IMG/VR virus record: IMGVR_UViG_3300044294_000190
Location: 1-64,000 of that record
Strand: one strand, 5' to 3'
Length of the DNA stretch: 64,000 bases
Source: a virus
Shown: piece by piece, positions 56,179 through 64,000 of the stretch
Layout of the letters: the number at the start of each line of letters is the position of its first letter
How positions within the stretch are numbered: the stretch's first letter is position 1
Notes under the pieces: generated by a model
Databases searched by the model: none
What the model was told of the DNA's origin: nothing
What the model saw: only the letters and a program-made list of their open reading frames with translations
Position numbers and translations under genes: made by a program

Positions 56179-57060
56179 TCACGCAAATCTCGTCTGTGCG
56201 GCAAAGACCGAGAATATACCAGTCCCAGTTTTGACCACGGTAAACGTGTACATGTCAACAGAGTTGGTGTTGCCAGAGGTTGGAGCCGTGCCGCCCTGCC
56301 ATTTTGTCGTCACCCCAGATGTCGTTCCGTTGATCTGCACTGAGGTTGCATAGTAGGCCGTCCCCCCATTGGTTACCATCCAAGAGACGGTTGCCATTTC
56401 TCCGTTTACCAACTTGGAGTCGAGCGTCGTTGAAGAATTCCATCTTAAATTCGGCACGAAGTTGGCTGTGGCGTTGTTCAGGTAGTAAATGGTTCCGAGT
56501 TCCACATCAATCGCAGTGGTCCCCGTAGCGCCAATAGACGAAGCCGCATATGTTTCAATTACGGAAGTTGTTTTGATGCTTGAGAATGTGACTGCTGCAT
56601 TAGTGGCAACGGACTGACCGATGGCGATGGTCGGACTTGAACCCTCGCCTGGCGTGTGTGTTACAGAGACGCCCGTCCCTGCTGTTACATCAGAAACATA
56701 GTTGCCAGTCGTGTCTGTTCCAAGCGCAACAGAGTTAGCGGCAACAGTGGCAGTAAGCGTGCCGTTGCCCAAGTTCGTAAGAGTCACCGAGCCCGTCAAA
56801 TCTCCAGCAAGGGTGATGACGGGTGAGACGCCAGTAATCGTCGGGCTCGTAAGCGTTTTATTCGTGAGAGTTTGCGTATCAGCGAGAGTGACATAACCCG
56901 TGGTATCGACAATGTACGAAAGGTCATTCCATGCCGTTGCGCCGTTGCCGATTTTCACCTTCAAGGTGTCGGTCTCGAATCCCATCTCGCCAGCTTGCAG
57001 GGCGGGGTTGGACGAAGTCCATTGTGCCGCCGTTCCTCTGCGAATTTGAATAGTTGCCAC
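56179..57060 (-). CDS. tail fibre protein with Mtd/hyaluronidase-type N-terminal domain
   Basis: IQIRRGTAAQWTSSNP.L..GE.GFETDT.K.KIGNG.TAW; C-terminal KWQGGTAP...DMYTF. Confidence 0.88.
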   Translation of the reverse strand: MATIQIRRGTAAQWTSSNPALQAGEMGFETDTLKVKIGNGATAWNDLSYIVDTTGYVTLADTQTLTNKTLTSPTITGVSPVITLAGDLTGSVTLTNLGNGTLTATVAANSVALGTDTTGNYVSDVTAGTGVSVTHTPGEGSSPTIAIGQSVATNAAVTFSSIKTTSVIETYAASSIGATGTTAIDVELGTIYYLNNATANFVPNLRWNSSTTLDSKLVNGEMATVSWMVTNGGTAYYATSVQINGTTSGVTTKWQGGTAPTSGNTNSVDMYTFTVVKTGTGIFSVFAAQTRFA

Positions 57061-57281
57061 TACGCCGTGCCTCCGTCAAGTGTTTGAGAAGAATCCAAGT
57101 CAAGTACTTGTGCTTCTACAAGGGTATCATGCAAACCACCGTCAATCTTTGCCTGACTGTAGATCCCCACAAGCGATCCACCGGGAAGCAACAACCATTT
57201 ACCATTGTTGTATTCCCAAGCTTTTCCGCCAACATAAAAAATGTTGCCGTTAGTCGGGGAGTCGGGGAAATCAATCGGCAT
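57060..57281 (-). CDS. small tail fibre-associated protein
   Basis: IDFPDSPTNG...W.Y...W, two DGG motifs. Confidence 0.75.
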   Translation of the reverse strand: MPIDFPDSPTNGNIFYVGGKAWEYNNGKWLLLPGGSLVGIYSQAKIDGGLHDTLVEAQVLDLDSSQTLDGGTA

Positions 57282-57284
57282 ACA

Positions 57285-58850
57285 TCACCACCTAATCGAG
57301 CCAGAACCAGTAAAAGTATAAATCCTGTAGCCGCCGCTGGTCACGACCGTCGGAGAACCGGTGGTGGAGGACGCGAGTGGAAACGTATCTGCGTAGCGAA
57401 GGATGACGATGCCAGAGCCGCCTGCACCACCAGTGCCATTGGCATAGTACCAACCACCCCCGCCGCCACTGCCTGTAAATTGTTGACCAGGAAACGCCCC
57501 CGCATTATTACCATTACCACCACCGCCAGCGCCCCCACTGCCTGGGTCACCGTGACCACCACCACCACCACCGCCAGCCCTGGCGACAGAAGAACCAGTT
57601 ATTGATGAATTTAGACCTATTCCCCCGTTTCTTCCACTGCCCGCTCCGCCAGCACCACCGCCACCGCCACCGCCGTTGCCCGGAGCGGTGGCACCGCCAT
57701 AACCCTGACCAGGCGTTCCCGTACCTGGTTGGCTTATTGGAAACTCGTAATTTGCACCACCACCACCACTACCGCCGCTTGATGCATTATTGGTACCTGG
57801 GGTATAAGCGCCCCTACCGCCACCAATGGAAGTAATTGACGAAAATACTGAATTTGTACCATTGTTTCCGTAACTTTGAGTACCGCTGCCAGCACCACCG
57901 CCACCAACCGTCACTGTGTATATTGTGTTGGACAATACGGTTATTGCGCTTTCTGCCGCATAGCCACCACCTGACGATTCGCCAGTTACCGACGAACGAT
58001 ATCCGCCAGCGCCGCCGCCGCCAGCAGTTCCACCACTGCCACTCGCGCCACCAGCAATAACTAGATACTGAATCGGTATTCCGATAGTGGTGAACGACAG
58101 CGCGGAAGATTCGCTGGAACCGGTTCCGAGAGCATTGACCGCCTTCAACTTCACTTGATACGAAGTTCCAAAGGACAACCCAGTAATCGTTATCGGGCTT
58201 GTGCCGTCCGCTGGCGACAACGCGACGTACTCGCTAAACGTTGAACCTCCGTTGGTGGAGAGAGCGTATTGGTAGTTGGTAATCGTTGAGCCGCCGTCCG
58301 CTCCAGCCGAGAAAGAAATCGTCACCGTTGTTTCGGTCGTGCTCACCACCGCGAGACTCGTCGGAGCGGCAGTCGGAACGGTGGTGATTGCCGCTGTCCA
58401 CGCCGAACCGTTCCATCTTTGCAATGCCTGCGTGTCGGTCATGAACGCGAACTGACCGTTGAACGGACTGGTGATGACCGAATCTCTTAGCGCGGTGGTG
58501 GTGACGGTGATACCAGAAAGACCGGAGGCGAGTTTGTTCTGCGTGACGGAGCCGCTGAGTATCTTTGCTTCGGTCACGGCATCGGAAGCGATTTTCGCTG
58601 CCGTTATCGAACCGTCCGCAGGCGTGAGCGAAATGTCGCCTCCCAATTTCGCGGCAGTCACCGCACCGGCGGCGATCTTGGCCGTGGTGACGGCGTTACT
58701 GGCAAGTTCGCTCGAGCCAACTGAACCAGCCACAATTGAGGGCGTTAAGAAAGAGACGACCTTCCAAGTCGTACCGTTCCAGCGCCACGTTCGAGTACCC
58801 TCAGTGTAGGTCTGGTTGATCGTCGGGTTAGCGGGAAAAGACAGCGGCAC
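57285..58850 (-). CDS. tail fibre protein with FN3 and glycine-rich domains
   Basis: LSFPANPT, VT.AKIA repeats, DGGS.ITNYQY...AVNALG, YLVIAGG...GGSGIVILRY. Confidence 0.88.
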   Translation of the reverse strand: MPLSFPANPTINQTYTEGTRTWRWNGTTWKVVSFLTPSIVAGSVGSSELASNAVTTAKIAAGAVTAAKLGGDISLTPADGSITAAKIASDAVTEAKILSGSVTQNKLASGLSGITVTTTALRDSVITSPFNGQFAFMTDTQALQRWNGSAWTAAITTVPTAAPTSLAVVSTTETTVTISFSAGADGGSTITNYQYALSTNGGSTFSEYVALSPADGTSPITITGLSFGTSYQVKLKAVNALGTGSSESSALSFTTIGIPIQYLVIAGGASGSGGTAGGGGAGGYRSSVTGESSGGGYAAESAITVLSNTIYTVTVGGGGAGSGTQSYGNNGTNSVFSSITSIGGGRGAYTPGTNNASSGGSGGGGANYEFPISQPGTGTPGQGYGGATAPGNGGGGGGGAGGAGSGRNGGIGLNSSITGSSVARAGGGGGGGHGDPGSGGAGGGGNGNNAGAFPGQQFTGSGGGGGWYYANGTGGAGGSGIVILRYADTFPLASSTTGSPTVVTSGGYRIYTFTGSGSIRW

Positions 58851-58853
58851 GAA

Positions 58854-59216
58854 TTATTCTCCTTGAACGAATTCGTCCCAGCGTTGCTCGTCCTCGTTCC
58901 ACACCCACATGCCTTCAGCTGGTCTGGCAACTGGCGCCTCCCAGTCGGTGGTCTCCTCGTTCAGCGTCCACGACGCGTACGGCTTGGGAGAGATGAACGC
59001 GTCAAGTTCCTCGTCGTACGCGTAGCCGACGCCAGCGTATCGTCCTCTGAAGTTGCCGTTGTAGGAAGTCTGTTTCCAAACGCCGCCCAGTAGCCCGGTG
59101 CAGAATTCCTGACCGAGCGGTTCCTTGGCGGGGAAGTCGCCTCCCTCAATCGCGTCGTTGTTGACGACGATGACTTGGGTGACGATTCCGTTTTCTATTT
59201 TTGCAAAGTGAGCCAT
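58854..59216 (-). CDS. tail fibre-associated small protein
   Basis: MAHFAKI..VTQVIVV, WKQTSYN..FR..YAG.GY.YD...DAFI.PKPY.SW. Confidence 0.85.
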   Translation of the reverse strand: MAHFAKIENGIVTQVIVVNNDAIEGGDFPAKEPLGQEFCTGLLGGVWKQTSYNGNFRGRYAGVGYAYDEELDAFISPKPYASWTLNEETTDWEAPVARPAEGMWVWNEDEQRWDEFVQGE

Positions 59217-59232
59217 GTTATTCCTCCTGTGT

Positions 59233-60147
59233 TCACAGTGTTATGGAGCCCGAGCCGTTGAATGTGTATACGTGGTATCCGCCAGCGCCGTTGTTGTATG
59301 ACGGGGAGCCAGTCGTTGATGAAGCAGCGGAGTGATTAGAGGTCGACCAGCGAATTATCACAATTCCGCTACCACCATTAGCACCATTCGCGCCGCACGC
59401 CAAACTTCTTCCTGATGCTCCACCGCCGCCACCGCCCGTATTTGCAGTGCCTGGACTTGCACTGTCGCAATTACTGTTTGCATTGCCGCCTCCCCCTTGT
59501 CCACCAGCGCCGCCAATCGAATCCCCATCATGCGCTCCACCACCTCCCCCTCCGCCATATCTTGTTGGTGTACCACTGATGCTGGAAAGAAGTCCTATCC
59601 CGCCAGAACCGCCATTGCCCGAACTGGCATTACTCCCAGAACTCCCTGCACCACCACCGCCACCACCAGCCATACCAGCTCGCGAACCGCCATTATTGCC
59701 CTGTCCAGCCGTTCCTGTGCCGCCCTGCGCACTGTAATTACGACCAGCGCCACCACCAGAACCACCAGATGTTGGGTTGCCATAATCACCACCACCCTGA
59801 CCTCCACCATACGCTGTCAATGAAAACCCAGTTGAATTTAGACCTTGAGAACCACCATTTCCATCATTACGGGCTCCCCCACCCCCCACAACAAAAACAT
59901 GTTGTAGGTTTTTTTCTAGTAATTTTGTGCCAGACAAAACACCGCCAGCCCCACCACCGCCGCCGCCAGCCCAATGGCAACCCCCACCACCACCTGCAAC
60001 AATTAAATATTCAACAGATACGCTATTAAACGGCCAGACTGCTACGCCAACATTTTGTTGCTGTGTCGTCAAATCCCACAAACCAGAAGCGACGCTTGTG
60101 CTTATCGTTTGAAGCGGCCCAATTCTCCCACCACGCTTACGCATCAA
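59233..60147 (-). CDS. glycine-rich domain fibre protein
   Basis: VEYLIVAGGGGG...ANTGGGGGG...GGSGIVIIR. Confidence 0.85.
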   Translation of the reverse strand: MMRKRGGRIGPLQTISTSVASGLWDLTTQQQNVGVAVWPFNSVSVEYLIVAGGGGGCHWAGGGGGGAGGVLSGTKLLEKNLQHVFVVGGGGARNDGNGGSQGLNSTGFSLTAYGGGQGGGDYGNPTSGGSGGGAGRNYSAQGGTGTAGQGNNGGSRAGMAGGGGGGAGSSGSNASSGNGGSGGIGLLSSISGTPTRYGGGGGGGAHDGDSIGGAGGQGGGGNANSNCDSASPGTANTGGGGGGASGRSLACGANGANGGSGIVIIRWSTSNHSAASSTTGSPSYNNGAGGYHVYTFNGSGSITL

Positions 60148-60821
60148 CTAATCTCCTCGTACGAGCAAACAGCCTCAAGGTCGGAATTTGTCGCAGCGGT
60201 GACGCGTAGCGCGTCACCTTCCTCCAAATAGATGGACTTGGAGATGATGTCCAACGTCGCGTCCGCTGGGACGGCGATGGTGTGGGCGATTTTGTACGCG
60301 GTGGACGATCTGAAGATGTCCACGGTCACGTCGCAGGCATTGGTTCCGTCGACGTTCGCCACGTACAGGGCGTTCACCTTCAACACCTTGTTGGAGTTGC
60401 TCGCCGTACCCGTAATGTTGATTGTGCCAACCATGGTCGCATGGTATTGGCAAGCGTAGTAAAGGGTGTTCGGCGCGTCGGCGGGAACCTGGAACGTGAT
60501 GTAACCGAGTTCTGTGCCGTTGTTCGTGATGCCCGAAGTTACGACATTCGCGGCGTTGTACGCGCCCGAAGACGTTTGAATCCAGAAAGGGTGACCAACC
60601 GCATTCACCTGAATGGTGTAGGTTGCGCCGCGAGTAAAGGAAAGCGTCGCGTTGTTCGAGCCTCCGACGACGAACGCCGATGCGCCGCTGTTGGTGACGA
60701 CGATGGTTGTGCCCGCACTACTGCCCTCGTTCTTGAGAATCGGCGTGGGCGTGGTCGTGACGGCAAGAACTGCCGTTTTGCCCTTAATTGCCGTTACGCC
60801 CACGATGTTTGGTGCTGCCAT
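60144..60821 (-). CDS. virion appendage protein with inserted cupredoxin-like domain
   Basis: MAAPNIV...KVLKVN.L.VANVDG...SYEEIS frame interrupted by RGATY...GHPF...LYYACQYHATM. Confidence 0.8.
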   Translation of the reverse strand: MAAPNIVGVTAIKGKTAVLAVTTTPTPILKNEGSSAGTTIVVTNSGASAFVVGGSNNATLSFTRGATYTIQVNAVGHPFWIQTSSGAYNAANVVTSGITNNGTELGYITFQVPADAPNTLYYACQYHATMVGTINITGTASNSNKVLKVNALYVANVDGTNACDVTVDIFRSSTAYKIAHTIAVPADATLDIISKSIYLEEGDALRVTAATNSDLEAVCSYEEIS

Positions 60822-60824
60822 AAG

Positions 60825-61757
60825 TTATCCTCCGAACACAATTGACATGGCGATTGCTTTGCCCGTCGATGCTTTTGCGTTTAACTGTGTCTGTATTGAC
60901 GATGATACGCCATCCAGATATCCGAGTTCTGTGGAGTCAACGGAACCAATCGATGTGCTCGACGGAAGCGTTACCGTTCCCGTGAATGTCGGAGAAACAG
61001 TCGGTGCGTAATTTGGGGTCGTCCATTCAAGACCCGTCGCCGTGGAAGAGTTAGCCGACAACAGTTGCCCATTTGTTCCGACGCTAATTTTTGAAACGGT
61101 ATTGTCTGCTGTGCCGACAAATAGGTCGCCTTTGGCATCAATTGTGTTAATTAATAATTCACTTGCCGTTGCGCCAATTTCAATCCATACCGAATTGTAA
61201 TAGATATATGTAGTTCCATCGTCAGAGTCAAACCACAGCTCTCCTTGAACCGGGGTGGGTGGGGCCGATGATGAAACAGTAACTTTTTGTCCCACCCCAG
61301 GATTGCCAATCTCAATCCAATAGGAGTCATAATAAACAAACATTTTGGCACTAGTGGAATCAAACCACAAATCCCCAATTACTGGACCGACTGGCGCGGT
61401 ATTAGAAACAGTTACCGATGCTCCACCGCCGCCACCGCCAAAGGTTGCCGATGCGGAAACAAACTTTGTACCGTTGTATTTAAGAACATGATCAACACTT
61501 GCGCCCGATGGGTCAATTTGAATATCGTTGACAAAAAGAGCATTAGCCTTAAATGTGTCGTCTGTTTTTAAAACGTTGGCAGAATCCCTGTAAAGGTTTG
61601 TATCTCCAGCGCCAGATCCGGGACCCCATGTAATGCGTCCACCAGCTTCAAGTTTTAATCTTGCGTAAACATCTGCGTCAATAAAAACGGTGATGGCATC
61701 AGAACCGGTTGATGTCAACTGTTTAACAGTAATGGGTACTGTAAATTTTTGAGCCAC
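60825..61757 (-). CDS. tail fibre protein
   Basis: DTNLYR..ANVLKTDD; two AP..P..G(D/E)LWFDS repeats; GKAIAMSIVFG end. Confidence 0.82.
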   Translation of the reverse strand: MAQKFTVPITVKQLTSTGSDAITVFIDADVYARLKLEAGGRITWGPGSGAGDTNLYRDSANVLKTDDTFKANALFVNDIQIDPSGASVDHVLKYNGTKFVSASATFGGGGGGASVTVSNTAPVGPVIGDLWFDSTSAKMFVYYDSYWIEIGNPGVGQKVTVSSSAPPTPVQGELWFDSDDGTTYIYYNSVWIEIGATASELLINTIDAKGDLFVGTADNTVSKISVGTNGQLLSANSSTATGLEWTTPNYAPTVSPTFTGTVTLPSSTSIGSVDSTELGYLDGVSSSIQTQLNAKASTGKAIAMSIVFGG

Positions 61758-61803
61758 GACCTCAATCGCTTTCTATGTCAGCCCCGCAAGGCTTTATATT
61801 TTG

Positions 61804-63105
61804 TTAACCAGTTACAACAATGATGTAATCATTTGCCAAAATCGTTCCGTAAAGAACAATTGACAAAGAATTACCGTTGGAACGAGTAACATCACCAATA
61901 ACAGTTGCTCCAGTTAAAACTTCGTAAATCTGGACAACAACATCAGTAGTGCCAAAGTTGTGGGTTACTACAGTGGTGGAGACTCCCGAAGCGCTAGCGG
62001 CACACCCCTGTTTGGCAACGCGAGCAAGGGTCGGAGTGGAAGTGGTGCGACCAGATGCTTCAGCCGCAGCAGAAGCGAGGTTTGTACGAGCGCCAGACTC
62101 AGTAGACGACCCAGTACCACCAGCCGTGACTGCAACATCAGTTGCATCCCACGTACCAGTTGTGATAGTGCCAAGAGTTGTGATGCTTGCTTGACCGACG
62201 TAAGTAGAAGCAATGTCAACTGCATCAGACGTGATGGCCGTGCGATTGTCAACAACGTTGACATTGAGGACGTTTCCAGTTTTAGAAAGACCGTTACCCG
62301 CAAGAATTGTTCCAGCAACAGAGAACAATGCCCACGTAAGCCCCGTAGATCCAAGGGCAATTGTTCCGTCGGTTGTGAGCACCCAACCGCTATCTGCGTT
62401 AACCGTACCTTCTTCAACAAAAGTAAATGCACCCGGAGTTACCTCAGCATCAGAGTCAAAATCACTTGCACGAACTGCTGCACCAGACGCTTGAACGATA
62501 TAAATACCATTTTCAGAAGCTGTGCTTTGGTCTTTAACAAGGACACGATCACCAGTAGCAAGGGTGACAGTCGTATCAAGAGTGTCGCCATTTTCAAGAT
62601 CAGTGGCAAGGTTGATGGGGGCAGTTGTCGCGGCTCGAACCGACTGCTTAACATCCAAACCAGAACGTGCGGCATCAACGTATCCCTTTGTCGCGGCATG
62701 TGCTGGATCAGTGGGGGGTCCAAACTTTGCTTGACTGTTAGAATCACGAATAACCAATTTGCTTGCAGTGGCATCAGCAGTGGCATCGGCCAACTTTGTG
62801 TAGTCCCCAGATGACATAAGACCGGCTGCCCCAGAACCCGAAAGGTTTGGAGTAACCGTTACAGACCCATTAGACTCACTAACGGTAAGCGCTGCGGCGT
62901 AAGAACCCGCCGATGAAATACTTGTAAGGGCCTTGCGCCATCCCGGCAAACCAGCGTCGTAAACCTTAATAACACCTTCGGTGCTATTAAAAATCAATCG
63001 ACCATCAAAATTACCGGTGTTGGGGTCTGTAGCAAGAACCTCAAAAGTGGCATTAAGCAATTGATTTTGGTTAAGATCAATATTTGTCAAAAACTTTTGA
63101 GCCAT
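61804..63105 (-). CDS. tail fibre protein
   Basis: AATKGYVD..GLDVK.SVR.ATT, GDRVLVKDQ..SENGIY, FTFVEEG. Confidence 0.85.
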   Translation of the reverse strand: MAQKFLTNIDLNQNQLLNATFEVLATDPNTGNFDGRLIFNSTEGVIKVYDAGLPGWRKALTSISSAGSYAAALTVSESNGSVTVTPNLSGSGAAGLMSSGDYTKLADATADATASKLVIRDSNSQAKFGPPTDPAHAATKGYVDAARSGLDVKQSVRAATTAPINLATDLENGDTLDTTVTLATGDRVLVKDQSTASENGIYIVQASGAAVRASDFDSDAEVTPGAFTFVEEGTVNADSGWVLTTDGTIALGSTGLTWALFSVAGTILAGNGLSKTGNVLNVNVVDNRTAITSDAVDIASTYVGQASITTLGTITTGTWDATDVAVTAGGTGSSTESGARTNLASAAAEASGRTTSTPTLARVAKQGCAASASGVSTTVVTHNFGTTDVVVQIYEVLTGATVIGDVTRSNGNSLSIVLYGTILANDYIIVVTG

Positions 63106-63115
63106 TACAAGGTCC

Positions 63116-63505
63116 TTACGTTAAGTAGGCGTATCCGGAAAACGCCGATGAAAAGTTTACTACAACTTGTGAAGTGTTAGTGTACGTGATTTCTCCGTAT
63201 ACAACCGTTTGTGCGCTGTCTACAACAAACACCCCCGGATATCCGCCCAAGGCATGGTTTATTGTCCATGTAGTGGCTGGAGTTCCCTGAGTATGGATAT
63301 GTCTACCCGTAGCGGGTAGGACAAGATTAAGAACTTGGCTGGGAGAAACACCCGTGATGCTGGCGGAAGGTTGCCCAGTGGTAACAGTTCCAATGGTCAA
63401 AACATTGGGAGGTCCAGCTACGCCCGGCTCAGTAACCTGAATAATGTTAGATTTTTTTTCTTTTACAGAAACGGTTTTACGTTTTCTGGTTATCTCAACG
63501 GTCAT
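63116..63505 (-). CDS. small fibre/structural protein
   Basis: HTQ...TTWTINH.LG.YP.V...FSGYAYL. Confidence 0.8.
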   Translation of the reverse strand: MTVEITRKRKTVSVKEKKSNIIQVTEPGVAGPPNVLTIGTVTTGQPSASITGVSPSQVLNLVLPATGRHIHTQGTPATTWTINHALGGYPGVFVVDSAQTVVYGEITYTNTSQVVVNFSSAFSGYAYLT

Positions 63506-63999
63506 ACGGGCTCTACCGACACGGCCTCTTCAACAACAAGTGTGCCTTTAACCATTTGGTCCCAGTCACCTGCAGAGTCTTTTACAAACAAATCATAGGT
63601 GTAACTGCCGGAGGCAATTGTATTAAGATTAGAAATGTGTAATTGCAAGGTTGCTCCCGTCGCCGGGGCAAGGTACCCACGTCTATTAGCTGGATTAAGG
63701 CTGGCAATGGTGTCTTCACTAGGCGGTGAGTTGTACCAACGAATGTCCAGGACTACTGTTCCACTAGCATCTTTAGCTTGCATAAAAGCATTTTGAACAA
63801 TCAAAACATCCCCGTCTTCGTCTTTCCACGAAAAGGTCCGACGATAGTCCGTTCGCTGTGTGTATCGAAGTTCCATTGCGTCGTCATCCTCCAATGGGGT
63901 GATTGCTCCATAAGTGCTGACGGCAAGTCGGCCCTTAGCTATTGGTTGGTAAACAGAATTAACAGTTGCCCAAACATCATACGACAGATAGCCTTCAGG
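63502..63999 (-). CDS. structural protein with tandem BppU-like beta domains (partial, runs off window end)
   Basis: Frame is open to the window edge; YD(V/L)...KG.L.V occurs twice. Confidence 0.7.
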   Translation of the reverse strand, partial: PEGYLSYDVWATVNSVYQPIAKGRLAVSTYGAITPLEDDDAMELRYTQRTDYRRTFSWKDEDGDVLIVQNAFMQAKDASGTVVLDIRWYNSPPSEDTIASLNPANRRGYLAPATGATLQLHISNLNTIASGSYTYDLFVKDSAGDWDQMVKGTLVVEEAVSVEPV

Positions 64000-64000
64000 C

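Noticed and set aside
56179-57060. Diversity-generating retroelement suggested by the Mtd-like N-terminus
   Set aside because: Only the common N-terminal anchor domain is present; no reverse transcriptase or TR/VR pair differing at adenines was seen in the window
61960-62814. 284-aa plus-strand ORF, and similar antisense ORFs over the capsid and SSB genes
   Set aside because: Antisense to well-supported genes; explained by codon bias
1-64000. Stop-codon reassignment, introns/inteins, tRNA genes
   Set aside because: Genes tile fully in the standard code; core enzymes are of normal length with no intein motifs; no gap shows a cloverleaf

Overview
64 kb from a lytic-looking tailed dsDNA phage with a contractile tail (myovirus). 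It is densely coding and almost entirely on the minus strand. In transcription order (right to left) it holds: tail fibre/appendage genes (64-56 kb); two Cys-rich fibre-like genes with a duplicated set of small partner genes, including the only plus-strand island (56-52 kb); a glycosyltransferase; terminase; a lysis cassette; a phosphoesterase and an HslV/proteasome-beta-like protease; portal, scaffold and N4-gp56-type capsid; neck, sheath, tube, a frameshifted chaperone, tape measure and baseplate; a replication module (HTH initiator containing four iterons, DnaC-like loader, DnaB, primase, SNF2 helicase, SSB, PolA); a recombination module (RecA, Cas4-like nuclease, two resolvase-like nucleases); SpoVS; and a run of basic low-complexity proteins. 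Leaderless-type promoters suggest an actinobacterial host (inference). The best candidate for an undescribed system is the Cys-rich 'stalk-and-knob' fibre locus, where each fibre sits next to its own paralogous pair of small partner proteins. No tRNA, CRISPR array, integrase or reverse transcriptase was seen. All family assignments come from motif recognition by eye, not database searches.
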